Assembly (NCBI GenBank): GCA_016204125.1
Contig: JACQLI010000023.1
Location: 1-40,722 of the forward strand
Origin: Candidatus Omnitrophota bacterium
GTDB lineage: Bacteria; Omnitrophota; Omnitrophia; Omnitrophales; JACQLI01
Direction: 5' to 3'
DNA length: 40,722 bases
The notes under the pieces are model-generated. The model was not told the origin of the DNA, ran no database searches, and saw only the letters and a list, made by a program, of their open reading frames with translations. A program made the translations under genes and the position numbers. Of this stretch, positions 1 to 8,770 are shown one piece after another; the stretch's first letter is position 1; each line of letters opens with the position of its first letter.

Positions 1-68
1 CATAAGAGTTCACCCTCGTTTAGAAATTTGAAGACAAAATACGTCCGCGAAGAAATTAAGAGAACAGA

Positions 69-491
69 CTAAAGGCGCAGGTTTCTGTAAAGCAGGAAGA
101 TAGAGGGGTTTTGTGCCCGTGAATTTTCAAAAGGGGGAGAGAGTCCGTGGAACTCCGGAGAATTCCACTCAAACGAAGCGGTAGTTAAATCAGAGGTTGG
201 TTCCTTAAATAAATGCGGATTACTCCCGCTAGGGACTCTGAGGCTCACAAAAATATCGTAGGCGTCCTTTAAAGAAGTGCAGGGATAATGCGGTTTTTTG
301 ATCTTATAACTCTGCAGGGCAGAATTCCCTTTCGACAACAGCGTATCTGCATCTGACGGACAATGGTCCCATGCCGTTATTATCAGAATAAAAGTAAAGA
401 ATCCTGCGGCTGCAACCGCAATTGCCTTTTTTTCCATTAGAAATATTTTAATCCATTTCCTCGATACTTCTAGCCCTGATTTCTTCCTCAC
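69..491 (-). CDS. hypothetical protein, possible N-terminal membrane anchor
   Basis: 140-aa ORF co-directional with its neighbours. It has a hydrophobic segment AIAVAAAGFFTFILIITAW and no recognisable catalytic motif. The true start may be the internal Met (MEKKAIAV). Confidence 0.35.
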   Translation of the reverse strand: MRKKSGLEVSRKWIKIFLMEKKAIAVAAAGFFTFILIITAWDHCPSDADTLLSKGNSALQSYKIKKPHYPCTSLKDAYDIFVSLRVPSGSNPHLFKEPTSDLTTASFEWNSPEFHGLSPPFENSRAQNPSIFLLYRNLRL

Positions 492-523
492 TCAGGGGGA
501 CTTAAGAGCCAGTAACCACTGCT

Positions 524-1150
524 TCATGGTTTGCGTGCCTCAGCAATCATCATCCCCCAAATGAGGTTCGTTTTGAACCTTTGTTCTCTTACGACATGGA
601 ACTCAACATCCGTAAGGAAGGCACGCAATTCGCGCTGCGTATAGCACTGCTTATGGGTGGAATCGAAAATCTTTAGGCATAAATCGCAGAGACGGCAGAT
701 GAGGTAATCTCGACACCAGTCCAAAATAATGAGCTTCCCATCCGTTTTCAAAACCCTCTTCATTTCAACCAGAGATTGAGTTGGATCATCGAAAAAATGA
801 AAAGAATTGGCACAAACCACCAGATCAAAATGTTCTTCTGGAAAAGGAATTCGAAAAGCGCTTGCTTTAAAAAAAGTGACGTTCGGGTAAGTGGAGAGTT
901 TCGATCTTGCAACCGCAAGCATTTTCTCAGAAATATCAACGCCCGATATATTCTGGTTCGGATGATCCTTGACTAATAATTGCTCAAGCGTTCCTGTGCC
1001 GCAAGCTACATCTAAGATTCTTTCCGTACCTTTAACGTTCATCCATTTCTTAAGGAAACTCAGAGTAGATGAAACATAACGCCGCCAGCGTAAGTCATAC
1101 TGTTCTGCTAACTGGTCGTACTGTTCTCTAACTTTATTTTCCTTCCTCAT
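524..1150 (-). CDS. class I SAM-dependent methyltransferase
   Basis: SAM-binding motif I ILDVACGTGT, then GVDISEKML and DLVVCANSFHF, typical of Methyltransf_11-type enzymes. A 4-nt gap separates it from the upstream gene. Confidence 0.85.
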   Translation of the reverse strand: MRKENKVREQYDQLAEQYDLRWRRYVSSTLSFLKKWMNVKGTERILDVACGTGTLEQLLVKDHPNQNISGVDISEKMLAVARSKLSTYPNVTFFKASAFRIPFPEEHFDLVVCANSFHFFDDPTQSLVEMKRVLKTDGKLIILDWCRDYLICRLCDLCLKIFDSTHKQCYTQRELRAFLTDVEFHVVREQRFKTNLIWGMMIAEARKP

Positions 1151-1154
1151 CTGC

Positions 1155-1556
1155 TCAACTTGTCACCGGAATCATATTGTCGTTTTCATCATAGGTGTAA
1201 CGGGGATTGCCGTTGTCCTTATGGATGCGGATATCTGCGACTTTGAGATTACCTCCTTCATCTTGAATGTCAAAATCAAGATCAAGCAAATCTCCAGTCT
1301 TCACATCCTTCATGTCGGTGCAGGAATAATAATAGTCTCCTGTTTTTCCGACACGCTCATGCACTCTTACAAGCTCAAGTTGCCTCAAGTCGCCGCTTCG
1401 TTCATCCACGATGGCAAAAATGCCTTGAAGTTTTTCTTGATTTGCAATGTAATCACGAATCGTCTGACGCAAGGCCTCAGGTGCAGGCTCTGCGTAGACA
1501 AGAGAAATCCATGCGATCATGGCTAACATAAAGACACCCATCATCTTTTTCTTCAT
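1155..1556 (-). CDS. secreted protein of unknown function
   Basis: Signal-peptide-like N-terminus MKKKMMGVFMLAMIAWISLVYA. An AGGAG Shine-Dalgarno sits 6 nt upstream of the ATG at 1556. Confidence 0.6.
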   Translation of the reverse strand: MKKKMMGVFMLAMIAWISLVYAEPAPEALRQTIRDYIANQEKLQGIFAIVDERSGDLRQLELVRVHERVGKTGDYYYSCTDMKDVKTGDLLDLDFDIQDEGGNLKVADIRIHKDNGNPRYTYDENDNMIPVTS

Positions 1557-1587
1557 GGCACGCTCCTATGTTAAAAGTCCGACTCAA

Positions 1588-1623
1588 CCCGTGTCTCTGA
1601 CTTTCGGATGTTAGAGACACGGG
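1588..1623 (-). terminator. perfect 11-bp stem hairpin, possible terminator or processing/attenuation site at the end of the long gene array
   Basis: cccgtgtctct (1588-1598) pairs with agagacacggg (1613-1623) around a 14-nt loop. It lies in the only sizeable intergenic gap (1557-1639) of the 1-17 kb region. On the minus strand the stem is followed by TTGAGTCGGACTTTT, which is not a canonical U-tract. Confidence 0.35.
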
Positions 1624-1639
1624 CATGAAACCGGACGGA

Positions 1640-1888
1640 TTATTCTTCCTCCGCTGCGATTGCTTCAAGTTTGGCAGCAAGATCAGGGTGGGTCGATTTT
1701 AATATCGAAGCGGCTTCTCTGATCGTAGCGGCATGGCCCTCACCATGTTGGTGACTTCCTTCTACTGCTTCACCGCCATGTTCTTTCACCTCGGAACCGC
1801 CGTGCTCTCCTGCAAGAAGAACTGCAGGACTCCACAAGGTTGTACCTAACATTAATGCCAAACCAATCAACATGCTCTTCCGATTCAT
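1640..1888 (-). CDS. small secreted His/Gly/Glu-rich protein
   Basis: Signal peptide MNRKSMLIGLALMLGTTLWSPAVLLA. The mature part carries EHGG repeats and HQHGEGH. Its start overlaps the upstream stop by 4 nt. Confidence 0.55.
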   Translation of the reverse strand: MNRKSMLIGLALMLGTTLWSPAVLLAGEHGGSEVKEHGGEAVEGSHQHGEGHAATIREAASILKSTHPDLAAKLEAIAAEEE

Positions 1889-2871
1889 TTTTCTCCTCCT
1901 GTTGTTTTTAGGTTTTTAAATTGAAACGACGTTTTTACCCCATTCCATTCTTTTCCATCTACTTCAACGTACGGATAGAAAAAAATGTTGACGGGTGGTC
2001 CTGATTGCTTGGGGACAAGATTGATATCCCGTCCCACACTGATGAGAAACTTATTCGTGTCGTAATTTCCGAAATACACCTCCTTTCTTTCCGGATGTTT
2101 CCAAGCTTCGGAAGCATCCACTGGTTGCCAACCTTTTCCTTCTTCATAAAATTCCGCCCAACAGTGATATCCCGGAATCTCTCCCTCAGCTCCATCCGGA
2201 ACTGTGAGTCCGATTTTAAAACGTGCCGGAATCTCCGCCGCATGAGCCATAGAAATAAAAAGCGAATGAAAATCGGTGCAATTTCCTTTTCCAAGAAGAC
2301 AGGCTCTCGCCGTGTCACCGCGCCCCCATCCCGGAATTGTCTTATCATATTTCATCCAATTGATCACATTTTCATAAATGCCTCTTGCTTGCTCAAGTAA
2401 ATTGCGCTTTCCGTGGATCGCCTGTTGCGTTCTTTTCCTCACTTCGTCATTGACCACCATGAGATGATTCGGCTTCAGATACCGATTTACACCAGTTTCG
2501 TGGTTTGAACTGGCAAAATTTTTCTGAAGGGTTTGAGCATAATAAGTCACTTGGAAATTGAGACCTTGCGGAACACGATCTGAAACTTCAAAATAGGCCA
2601 TTTCATTTCCATAGACGGGATCCTTGGTGATTCGATATGGCAAGCCTGTTATGATCTCCCGTTTTTTTACAATTTGTCCTTCCCGAGAAGAAGCAAGCGG
2701 AATCCATACACTCAGTTTTTTTGCATCCTGAGGGATCGCGCCAATGTAAGTTTCATAACTCACCTTAAACTCCCGCTGCGATGGAAAAGGGTCGACTCCT
2801 TTATGCGACTCAAACAAATAAATAGATCCTAATAGGATGACTGCTCCAGAAAATAGAAATAATTTATTCAT
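1885..2871 (-). CDS. transglutaminase-like (Cys-His-Asp) domain protein, N-terminal signal/anchor
   Basis: GNCTDFHSLF (Cys), GYHCWAEFY (His) and WQPVDASE (Asp) appear in the order typical of the transglutaminase core. I moved the start to the ATG at 2871 (MNKLFLFSGAVILLGSIYLF), 4 nt after the upstream stop. The ORF-track start at 2949 would overlap the upstream gene by 74 nt. Confidence 0.8.
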   Translation of the reverse strand: MNKLFLFSGAVILLGSIYLFESHKGVDPFPSQREFKVSYETYIGAIPQDAKKLSVWIPLASSREGQIVKKREIITGLPYRITKDPVYGNEMAYFEVSDRVPQGLNFQVTYYAQTLQKNFASSNHETGVNRYLKPNHLMVVNDEVRKRTQQAIHGKRNLLEQARGIYENVINWMKYDKTIPGWGRGDTARACLLGKGNCTDFHSLFISMAHAAEIPARFKIGLTVPDGAEGEIPGYHCWAEFYEEGKGWQPVDASEAWKHPERKEVYFGNYDTNKFLISVGRDINLVPKQSGPPVNIFFYPYVEVDGKEWNGVKTSFQFKNLKTTGGEK

Positions 2872-2875
2872 GTTG

Positions 2876-3319
2876 TCACAATACAACCAACTGATAGCCT
2901 TGATCCGCCCATTTTGCAATACTCGGATGGCCTCGGTATTCAGCGACAAGGGAAGCTTTTCTTTCTTTAAGTTTGTCTTTCACCAGAAAAGCAGAAGCAC
3001 AGTAATCGCAGATAACTTCTGTGATGCCGGCTTTTCTGAGTTCTTCATACACCGGTTTCAGTTTATCCTGCGACTCAGGATCGAGCCATTCGCTCACCCA
3101 TTCGGTTCCGGCCCCGTCAAAGACAAGAACAACTTCATGCCCATGTTCTTTCAATTCTTTCGAATAAAGCAACGCGTGCACCGCTCGCGCCATGCCTTCG
3201 TGGCTTTCCTTCCCCGCCTGAAAAATAATCAGATACTTTCCACTTTCAGCGAAAGCATTTGGAAAATAACTGGTTGTCATGAGAGCCGCCAAAAGCACTG
3301 CCATTGTGAAACGCTTCAT
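2876..3319 (-). CDS. DsrE/DsrF-like family protein with signal peptide
   Basis: Signal peptide MKRFTMAVLLAALMTTSYFPNAFA. It has a KYLIIFQAGKESHEG...HEVVLVFDGAGTEWV beta-alpha pattern like the DsrE fold and a C-terminal CDYC. Confidence 0.5.
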   Translation of the reverse strand: MKRFTMAVLLAALMTTSYFPNAFAESGKYLIIFQAGKESHEGMARAVHALLYSKELKEHGHEVVLVFDGAGTEWVSEWLDPESQDKLKPVYEELRKAGITEVICDYCASAFLVKDKLKERKASLVAEYRGHPSIAKWADQGYQLVVL

Positions 3320-3322
3320 TTT

Positions 3323-4102
3323 TCACCTCCTCTTGTATGGAATATTAACGAAAGGTGTTTTAATCATCCCCAATAGCGATTGCCACTCTTTTTCCTGCAA
3401 GTAAGGAAGACCGTACACAAGCGTTCGAGTATCTTTCCTCTTGTGGAAAGACTTAACGATTCTGTCCCAAAAAGAAAAAATGCTTGAGTAATTAGAATCT
3501 GTTTCGCTTCGAATTTGCGAATGATGTACTCGGTGCATATTGGGCGTAACGATTATCGCGCGAAAAATTCGGTCGATCTTTTCAGGCAGTGCGACATTCG
3601 AATGATGAAAAATGATGATCGGCTGCAAACAGAGTTCATAAATCAAAAGTTGAATAAATTGCATTCCAATCAAAGGAATGACAATGAGACGGAGAAGTGA
3701 AGAGAATACAATTTCTCCGGTATGAAACCTGAGAGCACTCGTCGCATCAAGTTCCAGGTCTGAATGATGCATTCTGTGGAACCGCCAGAGAAATGGAATC
3801 TGGTGATTGGCCACGTGCCAAACATACATCCAAAGATCAAAGAGTACGAAGGCGAACGCGCCTTCTATCCAAGAGCTCAAGCTTAATTGGTGAAGAAGCC
3901 CCCATGACCGGCTTTCTGCAAAATGCATCACTTTTAACGTTACGGTAGAAAAAAGCAAGGAGATGATAAGACCATTTAAAACTCCGATTCCGAGATTAGG
4001 TAACGCGTGGCGGAATCGATCATCCCTGCCTTGGAAAAGAGGGAAAATCCCCTCCATCCAGAACACAAGTCCAAGGCTCGCGACTTCAACCCAAAATTTC
4101 AT
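3323..4102 (-). CDS. fatty acid hydroxylase / sterol desaturase family membrane di-iron enzyme
   Basis: Three His boxes, HVANH, HRMHH and HRVHH, sit in a polytopic hydrophobic protein. Confidence 0.85.
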   Translation of the reverse strand: MKFWVEVASLGLVFWMEGIFPLFQGRDDRFRHALPNLGIGVLNGLIISLLFSTVTLKVMHFAESRSWGLLHQLSLSSWIEGAFAFVLFDLWMYVWHVANHQIPFLWRFHRMHHSDLELDATSALRFHTGEIVFSSLLRLIVIPLIGMQFIQLLIYELCLQPIIIFHHSNVALPEKIDRIFRAIIVTPNMHRVHHSQIRSETDSNYSSIFSFWDRIVKSFHKRKDTRTLVYGLPYLQEKEWQSLLGMIKTPFVNIPYKRR

Positions 4103-4764
4103 CGAATCTCCGGATAGAGCTTTCCTTTCAAGCCTAAAATATTAAAGCCTGAGTAACATAAAGCAACAAGAAATATGTTAATCAGTTTTTGTCGGACGCA
4201 ACCATTTTGAGTAAACCGCCGCGCCGATGTCACAACTGGGTCTTGAATAATAACGGGACTTGTCAGCCAACGCAGCCGCTGATAAAAATCAATGTCTTCA
4301 AACGACACAGTCTCACTAAAACCATATAATTTTTCGAAAAGCTTTCTGGTAACGAAAAATCCCTGGTCTCCGTAAGAAAAGAAATGGAATCTCGTATAGG
4401 TCTCGTAGAAACGCAGAAGCCACTGGCGATTGTCGAATTTCATCCTAAAGCGGCCTGCGCTGGCGCCTTGACTGACGACTTCTTTGATCTGCTCTAAACC
4501 ATTCTTAGGTAAGCGAGTATCCGCATGCAGAAAAAGAAAAACATCGCCAGTTGCTATTCTAGTCCCTTCATTCATCTGGCGCGCCCTTCCTTTAGCCGAG
4601 GAAATGACGTTTGCCCACTTAGAAGCAAGCGAAACCGTTTTGTCGGTTGATCCTCCATCCACGACAATTATCTCGTCAGGTTGGTGATGAGAACAAAGAT
4701 CTTGTAAAGTATCACAAATGGTCGACTCCTCATTGTAGGTGGGAATAATAACAGATATCTTCAT
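4099..4764 (-). CDS. GT-A fold glycosyltransferase, TIGR04283-like (ArsS-associated transferase 2)
   Basis: ISVIIPTYNEE, EIIVVDGGSTDKT, GRARQMN, LFLHADTRLP, YGDQGFF, FEDIDF and TSARRF. I set the start at the ATG at 4764 (MKISVIIP). The longer ORF-track start would overlap arsS by 110 nt. Confidence 0.8.
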   Translation of the reverse strand: MKISVIIPTYNEESTICDTLQDLCSHHQPDEIIVVDGGSTDKTVSLASKWANVISSAKGRARQMNEGTRIATGDVFLFLHADTRLPKNGLEQIKEVVSQGASAGRFRMKFDNRQWLLRFYETYTRFHFFSYGDQGFFVTRKLFEKLYGFSETVSFEDIDFYQRLRWLTSPVIIQDPVVTSARRFTQNGCVRQKLINIFLVALCYSGFNILGLKGKLYPEIR

Positions 4765-4777
4765 GCCTTTTACCTTT

Positions 4778-5743
4778 TCACTTTTTACTTTCCAATGCTC
4801 CCTGGCAACTAGAACCGCATCCGGCCGTACACCCAAAACAATGCTCCCCGGTTGCGATTCTGAAATCCTCAAGCTGGGCGGGATCAAGGTTAAAAATAGT
4901 TAAAAGCCTGCCATTTTTCATCTGCATACCTTGAGCCTGATTGAAATCGCAATCATAAACTCTCCCGTCCCACGATACGCTCAAGGTGTTTTGGCACATA
5001 AGACCGTCCAAAGTGGCGGGATTGAAACTGTTCATCAAAAGTTGGGTATAAGTTTCGTACTGGTTAAAGGCCTTTAGATATTTTGTGTATCGGGTAATTG
5101 GCATATTGGTAATGGTATAAAGACGATTAAAAACAATCCCCCAATCCTCCTTGAGTCTTTCTTTGTAATCTTCTTCAAGCTGATCCTGAGCTGGAGGCAA
5201 ATGGGGACCAACCGGATTGTAAACTAGACTGAGGATAAGATTACTCCCTTCCTTCCCATAGCCAAGCTCATTTAATTTCAAAAGGGCTTTGATGGATTCA
5301 TCAAATACACCCTTGCCTCTTTGTTTGTCCACGTTTTCTTTTAAGTAGCAAGGTAAAGAAGCGACAATTTCAACCTGGTGATCCGCCAAAAATGTGTCCA
5401 AATCCTCCTGGCCTGGCACAAAGAGCACGGTTAAATTGCAACGGTCAATTACATGAATGCCGCGCTTCTTTGCTTCCGAAACCAAATACCTAAAATTGGG
5501 ATTTAGTTCTGGTGCACCGCCTGTGAGATCAAGTGTTTTGAATTGAGCTCGATCCATAAAATAGACAACGGCTTCTGCCGTTTCATGGTTCATATTTTCC
5601 CGTGTTTTGGTCGGCCCCGCTTCAACATGACAATGCACACAAGCGAGATTACAAAGTTTCCCAAGATTAACCTGAAGGATCTCTATCTTTTGTTTCCGAA
5701 GCCGGGCGCTAACTTCCCCAAGCTTCTCCTCGAAACGATTCAT
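4778..5743 (-). CDS. arsS: arsenosugar biosynthesis radical SAM protein ArsS (radical SAM / Cys-rich C-terminal domain, TIGR04167-like)
   Basis: CNLACVHC radical-SAM CxxxCxxC triad near the N-terminus and a Cys-rich C-terminal tail CFGCTAGCGSSCQGAL. It sits beside arsM and the two context-linked transferase families. Confidence 0.85.
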   Translation of the reverse strand: MNRFEEKLGEVSARLRKQKIEILQVNLGKLCNLACVHCHVEAGPTKTRENMNHETAEAVVYFMDRAQFKTLDLTGGAPELNPNFRYLVSEAKKRGIHVIDRCNLTVLFVPGQEDLDTFLADHQVEIVASLPCYLKENVDKQRGKGVFDESIKALLKLNELGYGKEGSNLILSLVYNPVGPHLPPAQDQLEEDYKERLKEDWGIVFNRLYTITNMPITRYTKYLKAFNQYETYTQLLMNSFNPATLDGLMCQNTLSVSWDGRVYDCDFNQAQGMQMKNGRLLTIFNLDPAQLEDFRIATGEHCFGCTAGCGSSCQGALESKK

Positions 5744-5746
5744 CTT

Positions 5747-6901
5747 TTAAGCTCCTATTCTCGATAATAAAATAAAACTTGCTGCTGAAAAAAATGCTGC
5801 TACCGGCAAAGTCAAAAACCATGCGCCCAAAATGGAAGAAATCACATTCCACCGCGCTTTTCCATTCACAAGACCGATTCCGAAAAGGGCTCCGCAAGAA
5901 ACATGGGTCGTTGATACCGGCATTCCCCACTGGGAAGCAAAAATAACCAAAATGGCAGTGACCAAATTGGCCGCCAGTCCCTGGCCATGATTCATGTAAG
6001 TGATCTTGTGAGAGACCGTTTCGGCCACTTTCCGTGCGCCCAGGATTCCGCCGACCGCCATCGCCAAAGCAACAAATCCGACATTCCAAGTTAAACCAAG
6101 CGCACTTGAAGCCACAAGAAGAGCAACGATCTTTGGCGTATCATTTAGTCCTCTGGCAAAACTAACAGCTCCCGCACTCAGGAAATGGAAGAAATCAAGA
6201 ACCGACTGAGCGTTCACGCCAAACATTTTCCCTTCATAAATCTCAATCGCTTTGGCTTTGCAGCTTTTCTCATTTCCAACAAATACCTCGGGCAACGTAA
6301 TTTCTGTGCTGGTAAACATTTGTCCATTTTCCAAACCCAAATCTGCCAGAGGAATAACTTTTTCACCAACGCAGAGACAACTCTTTCGCGTAATACCGAG
6401 TGTTTTTCTTGCCTTATGCATCACAAAATAAACCGCTGTGGTCAAAACAAGCGCCATAAAGGGACTTGCGATAAGAGGCATGAGAAAGTTTTTTCCCAAG
6501 GTAGTGAATCCAAGTTCCCCTCCAATTGCTATAAATCCGGCTCCGACCAAAGCTCCTGTAAGGCCGTGTGTGGTTGAAATCGGAATCCCAAAGCGTGCGG
6601 CTAAAAGGACGGTTAAACCCGCGCCTAAGGCGACTGCTGCGAGAAACGCCGGATTTCCAATCACAGCATCCGGAACAAGCCCTTTACCCGTAAACGTTCT
6701 CACCAGACGGGTGGCAAGAAAAAGTGCCGCAATTGATCCTGAAAGTGTCGTCGCCGTAGCCCAGCTCAAGGCCTTCCGGTAATCTGTCGTTCCACTTCCA
6801 AACAGCGTGGCTACGCCCTTGAAATTGTCATTCGCACCATTTGCATACGCTACCAGCAATACTGCGATTAATACTGTTAACATCCAAACCATTAGCAGCA
6901 A
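5747..6901 (-). CDS. PiT (PHO4) family inorganic anion transporter
   Basis: Two-fold repeat signatures GANDNFKGVATL and GLNDTPKIVALL in a protein with about 10 TM segments and a central hydrophilic loop. It overlaps the arsM stop by 10 nt and ends 3 nt before the arsS start. Confidence 0.85.
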   Translation of the reverse strand: MLLMVWMLTVLIAVLLVAYANGANDNFKGVATLFGSGTTDYRKALSWATATTLSGSIAALFLATRLVRTFTGKGLVPDAVIGNPAFLAAVALGAGLTVLLAARFGIPISTTHGLTGALVGAGFIAIGGELGFTTLGKNFLMPLIASPFMALVLTTAVYFVMHKARKTLGITRKSCLCVGEKVIPLADLGLENGQMFTSTEITLPEVFVGNEKSCKAKAIEIYEGKMFGVNAQSVLDFFHFLSAGAVSFARGLNDTPKIVALLVASSALGLTWNVGFVALAMAVGGILGARKVAETVSHKITYMNHGQGLAANLVTAILVIFASQWGMPVSTTHVSCGALFGIGLVNGKARWNVISSILGAWFLTLPVAAFFSAASFILLSRIGA

Positions 6902-8106
6902 CCTCCATCCAAACAGACAGATTTCGCTACAGTTGTTTTTCTGTACCGTTTCCCTTTGGTTTCGCGCGGATCACGTTCCGCTGTGCGGTGACAATCAAAA
7001 GGTTTGGCTTTGGCAAGCGGAACATCTTTCGACGGTGGCACCAAAATGAAATCGTTGTGATAGGGCGCCTTGGAATAGATCTGATAGGTCTTATCACAGA
7101 CCGCCGTTCTTGCACCGCGTTTCAGAACATGCCCATCATCATCCACAACCTGTTTCCATGGTCCCTTATAAATCACGGCTTGATTTCTTTCCCAGCAAGG
7201 GCCTTCCTTACCTTTATAGGCCGTAATCGTGACCGAGCGAAATTCGATTCCTTGAACAATGCGCCACGGTCTTTCATCAAACTTTTCAATTTTGAGTCCG
7301 TAAAAACCGGCTTCCTCAAAAGCCCTGACAAATTCTTTCTCCTGAAAGGCTCCCGAGATACATCCACTCCAAAGCTCTGGATCCTTCTGAAGTTTATGAG
7401 GGATGGACTCGTCCGAAACAATATCGGAAATTGCGACACGTCCGCCCTTTCTCAAAACTCGGTGAATTTCCCGGAACAAAGTTTTCTTGTCTTCAGATCG
7501 GACGAGATTCAAGACACAATTGGAAACAATCACATCAATGGATTCATCTTCAATGAGCGGCGATTGCTGCCGTATGTGTTCCACCGCATCCTCGAAATGA
7601 GTCAAATCGTCCACCGAATGAATCGGGTTGCCTTTGAACGTTGCCTCTAAGGCTTCAAGGTCTGTCCTTAAATCTTGAATGCGGCCTCTTCGGAACTCCA
7701 CATTGTGCCAGCCGATTCGGTCACCAACCTCCTTTTGATATTTTCTGGCGAGCGCTAACATGGGAGGGTTGAAATCAATGCCAATTACTTTCCCCTTCGG
7801 ACCCACGATTTGAGAGGCGATGTAACAGATTTTCCCTGCACCGGATCCCAGATCCAAAACCACATCGCCTTCTTTCAGATAGCGCGAAGGATCCCCGCAG
7901 CCATAATCCCTTTCGAGGATTTCCTTAGAGATAACCTTAAGATACTTGGGATCGTAGCTCGTGGGACAGCAAAGAGCTTCTTCTTTGGCCTTTGCCCCCC
8001 GCGCATACCGCTCCCGGACCGCTTGTTCGACGGGCAGCCTTCCGTTCAAGAACAGCTCTCGACCATTAGTGTGATGTTTTCCATTTCCATTATGTGAATA
8101 TTTCAT
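6892..8106 (-). CDS. arsM: arsenite S-adenosylmethionine methyltransferase ArsM with C-terminal extension
   Basis: SAM motif VLDLGSGAGK. The conserved As-binding cysteine contexts YGCGDP, SNCVLNL and WSGCISGA are present, plus LCCP near the N-terminus and GGCC at the C-terminus. I set the start at the ATG at 8106 (MKYSHNG), preceded by GGGAGGTAAGG. Confidence 0.85.
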   Translation of the reverse strand: MKYSHNGNGKHHTNGRELFLNGRLPVEQAVRERYARGAKAKEEALCCPTSYDPKYLKVISKEILERDYGCGDPSRYLKEGDVVLDLGSGAGKICYIASQIVGPKGKVIGIDFNPPMLALARKYQKEVGDRIGWHNVEFRRGRIQDLRTDLEALEATFKGNPIHSVDDLTHFEDAVEHIRQQSPLIEDESIDVIVSNCVLNLVRSEDKKTLFREIHRVLRKGGRVAISDIVSDESIPHKLQKDPELWSGCISGAFQEKEFVRAFEEAGFYGLKIEKFDERPWRIVQGIEFRSVTITAYKGKEGPCWERNQAVIYKGPWKQVVDDDGHVLKRGARTAVCDKTYQIYSKAPYHNDFILVPPSKDVPLAKAKPFDCHRTAERDPRETKGKRYRKTTVAKSVCLDGGCC

Positions 8107-8770
8107 GTTCCTTACCTCCCCTAAGATTTTTCGCCGATCCGACCGATCGGTGCCAGATGACCGAGCGGCCGTCCGCCGCTTGACCGACTGGTACTTCATC
8201 AAGATCATCAAGTTTCTGAAGCAAATAGTAAGACAAATTCTTTTCATTCAACTTGTTTAATGTCGATTCAAACACGTGCTGCGAACTCCACGGAATATTT
8301 TTGAAGATTGAGGGCTGTTCACAATTGGTTCCAATCAGATAGTAACCGCCGTCATAGGCAGGACCGATGACAACGTCATAAAACTCAAGGGCGTCAAATC
8401 CTTTCATGATCAAATCGGCCCTAAGGCCCAAAGTGTCGCTTCCAAGCGCCATTACTTTTTTGAACCCCTTTTCGAAAGCAAACTGAAATGCATTTTGAAG
8501 ACGCACTCCAAGACCAGAACCTCTTTGAACCACATATTCATAAGAGCCAGAAAGCCAGGAACGAAAGGCCTCTTCTTTCTCTGGAGGATCAAAAGCGACG
8601 ATTAGTTTTATGAAATCTTGGGGAAGAGAATTAAGAATTCCAAGGTTTGTCTCGGTAAGCTCACGATAGGCTTGCGCAGCGCGTTGGTCTCCGACGCTTT
8701 TTGCAAGCCGCGTTTTTACCTTGCCCGGCTCCGGATATTTCACGAAATACAAAATCAATTTATCTCCCAT
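8090..8770 (-). CDS. DUF2064 / TIGR04282-like (ArsS-associated transferase 1)
   Basis: KYPEPGKVKTRLA, ALGSDTLGL and GPAYDGGYYLIG, the nucleotidyl/glycosyl-transferase-like hallmarks of DUF2064. Confidence 0.8.
   Translation of the reverse strand: MGDKLILYFVKYPEPGKVKTRLAKSVGDQRAAQAYRELTETNLGILNSLPQDFIKLIVAFDPPEKEEAFRSWLSGSYEYVVQRGSGLGVRLQNAFQFAFEKGFKKVMALGSDTLGLRADLIMKGFDALEFYDVVIGPAYDGGYYLIGTNCEQPSIFKNIPWSSQHVFESTLNKLNEKNLSYYLLQKLDDLDEVPVGQAADGRSVIWHRSVGSAKNLRGGKEHEIFT

Noticed and set aside
1-68. Start of another minus-strand gene leaving the window (ATG at 3..1 preceded by GAGGGTG)
   Set aside because: Only the start codon is visible, so no product can be supported.
4765-4887. N-terminal extensions proposed by the ORF track (also 8107..8247, 2872..2949, 34327..34392, 12416..12430)
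   Set aside because: The extensions would overlap the upstream gene by 60-140 nt and add non-conserved sequence ahead of the family N-terminus. Internal ATGs with better ribosome-binding sites sit just after the upstream stop codons.
4778-5743. Possible selenocysteine recoding in ArsS, since some family members are selenoproteins
   Set aside because: The frame is open from ATG to stop with no in-frame TGA. The C-terminal motif is all Cys (CFGCTAGCGSSCQGAL), and no SECIS-like hairpin is needed.
5709-6089. Out-of-frame minus-strand ORFs nested in larger genes (also 1959..2348, 10294..10578, 15373..15639, 20283..20522, 22400..22708, 24011..24280, 27435..27939, 39405..39674)
   Set aside because: They lie fully inside genes with strong family signatures in another frame. 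They have Arg/Ser/Pro-rich composition typical of off-frame translation.
6841-7650. 269-aa plus-strand ORF, and all the other plus-strand ORFs in the track (for example 2837..3376, 11020..11472, 16064..16513, 34469..34957)
   Set aside because: Each lies antisense to a gene with clear family motifs. They have low-complexity or odd composition and no motifs, so they are typical shadow ORFs.
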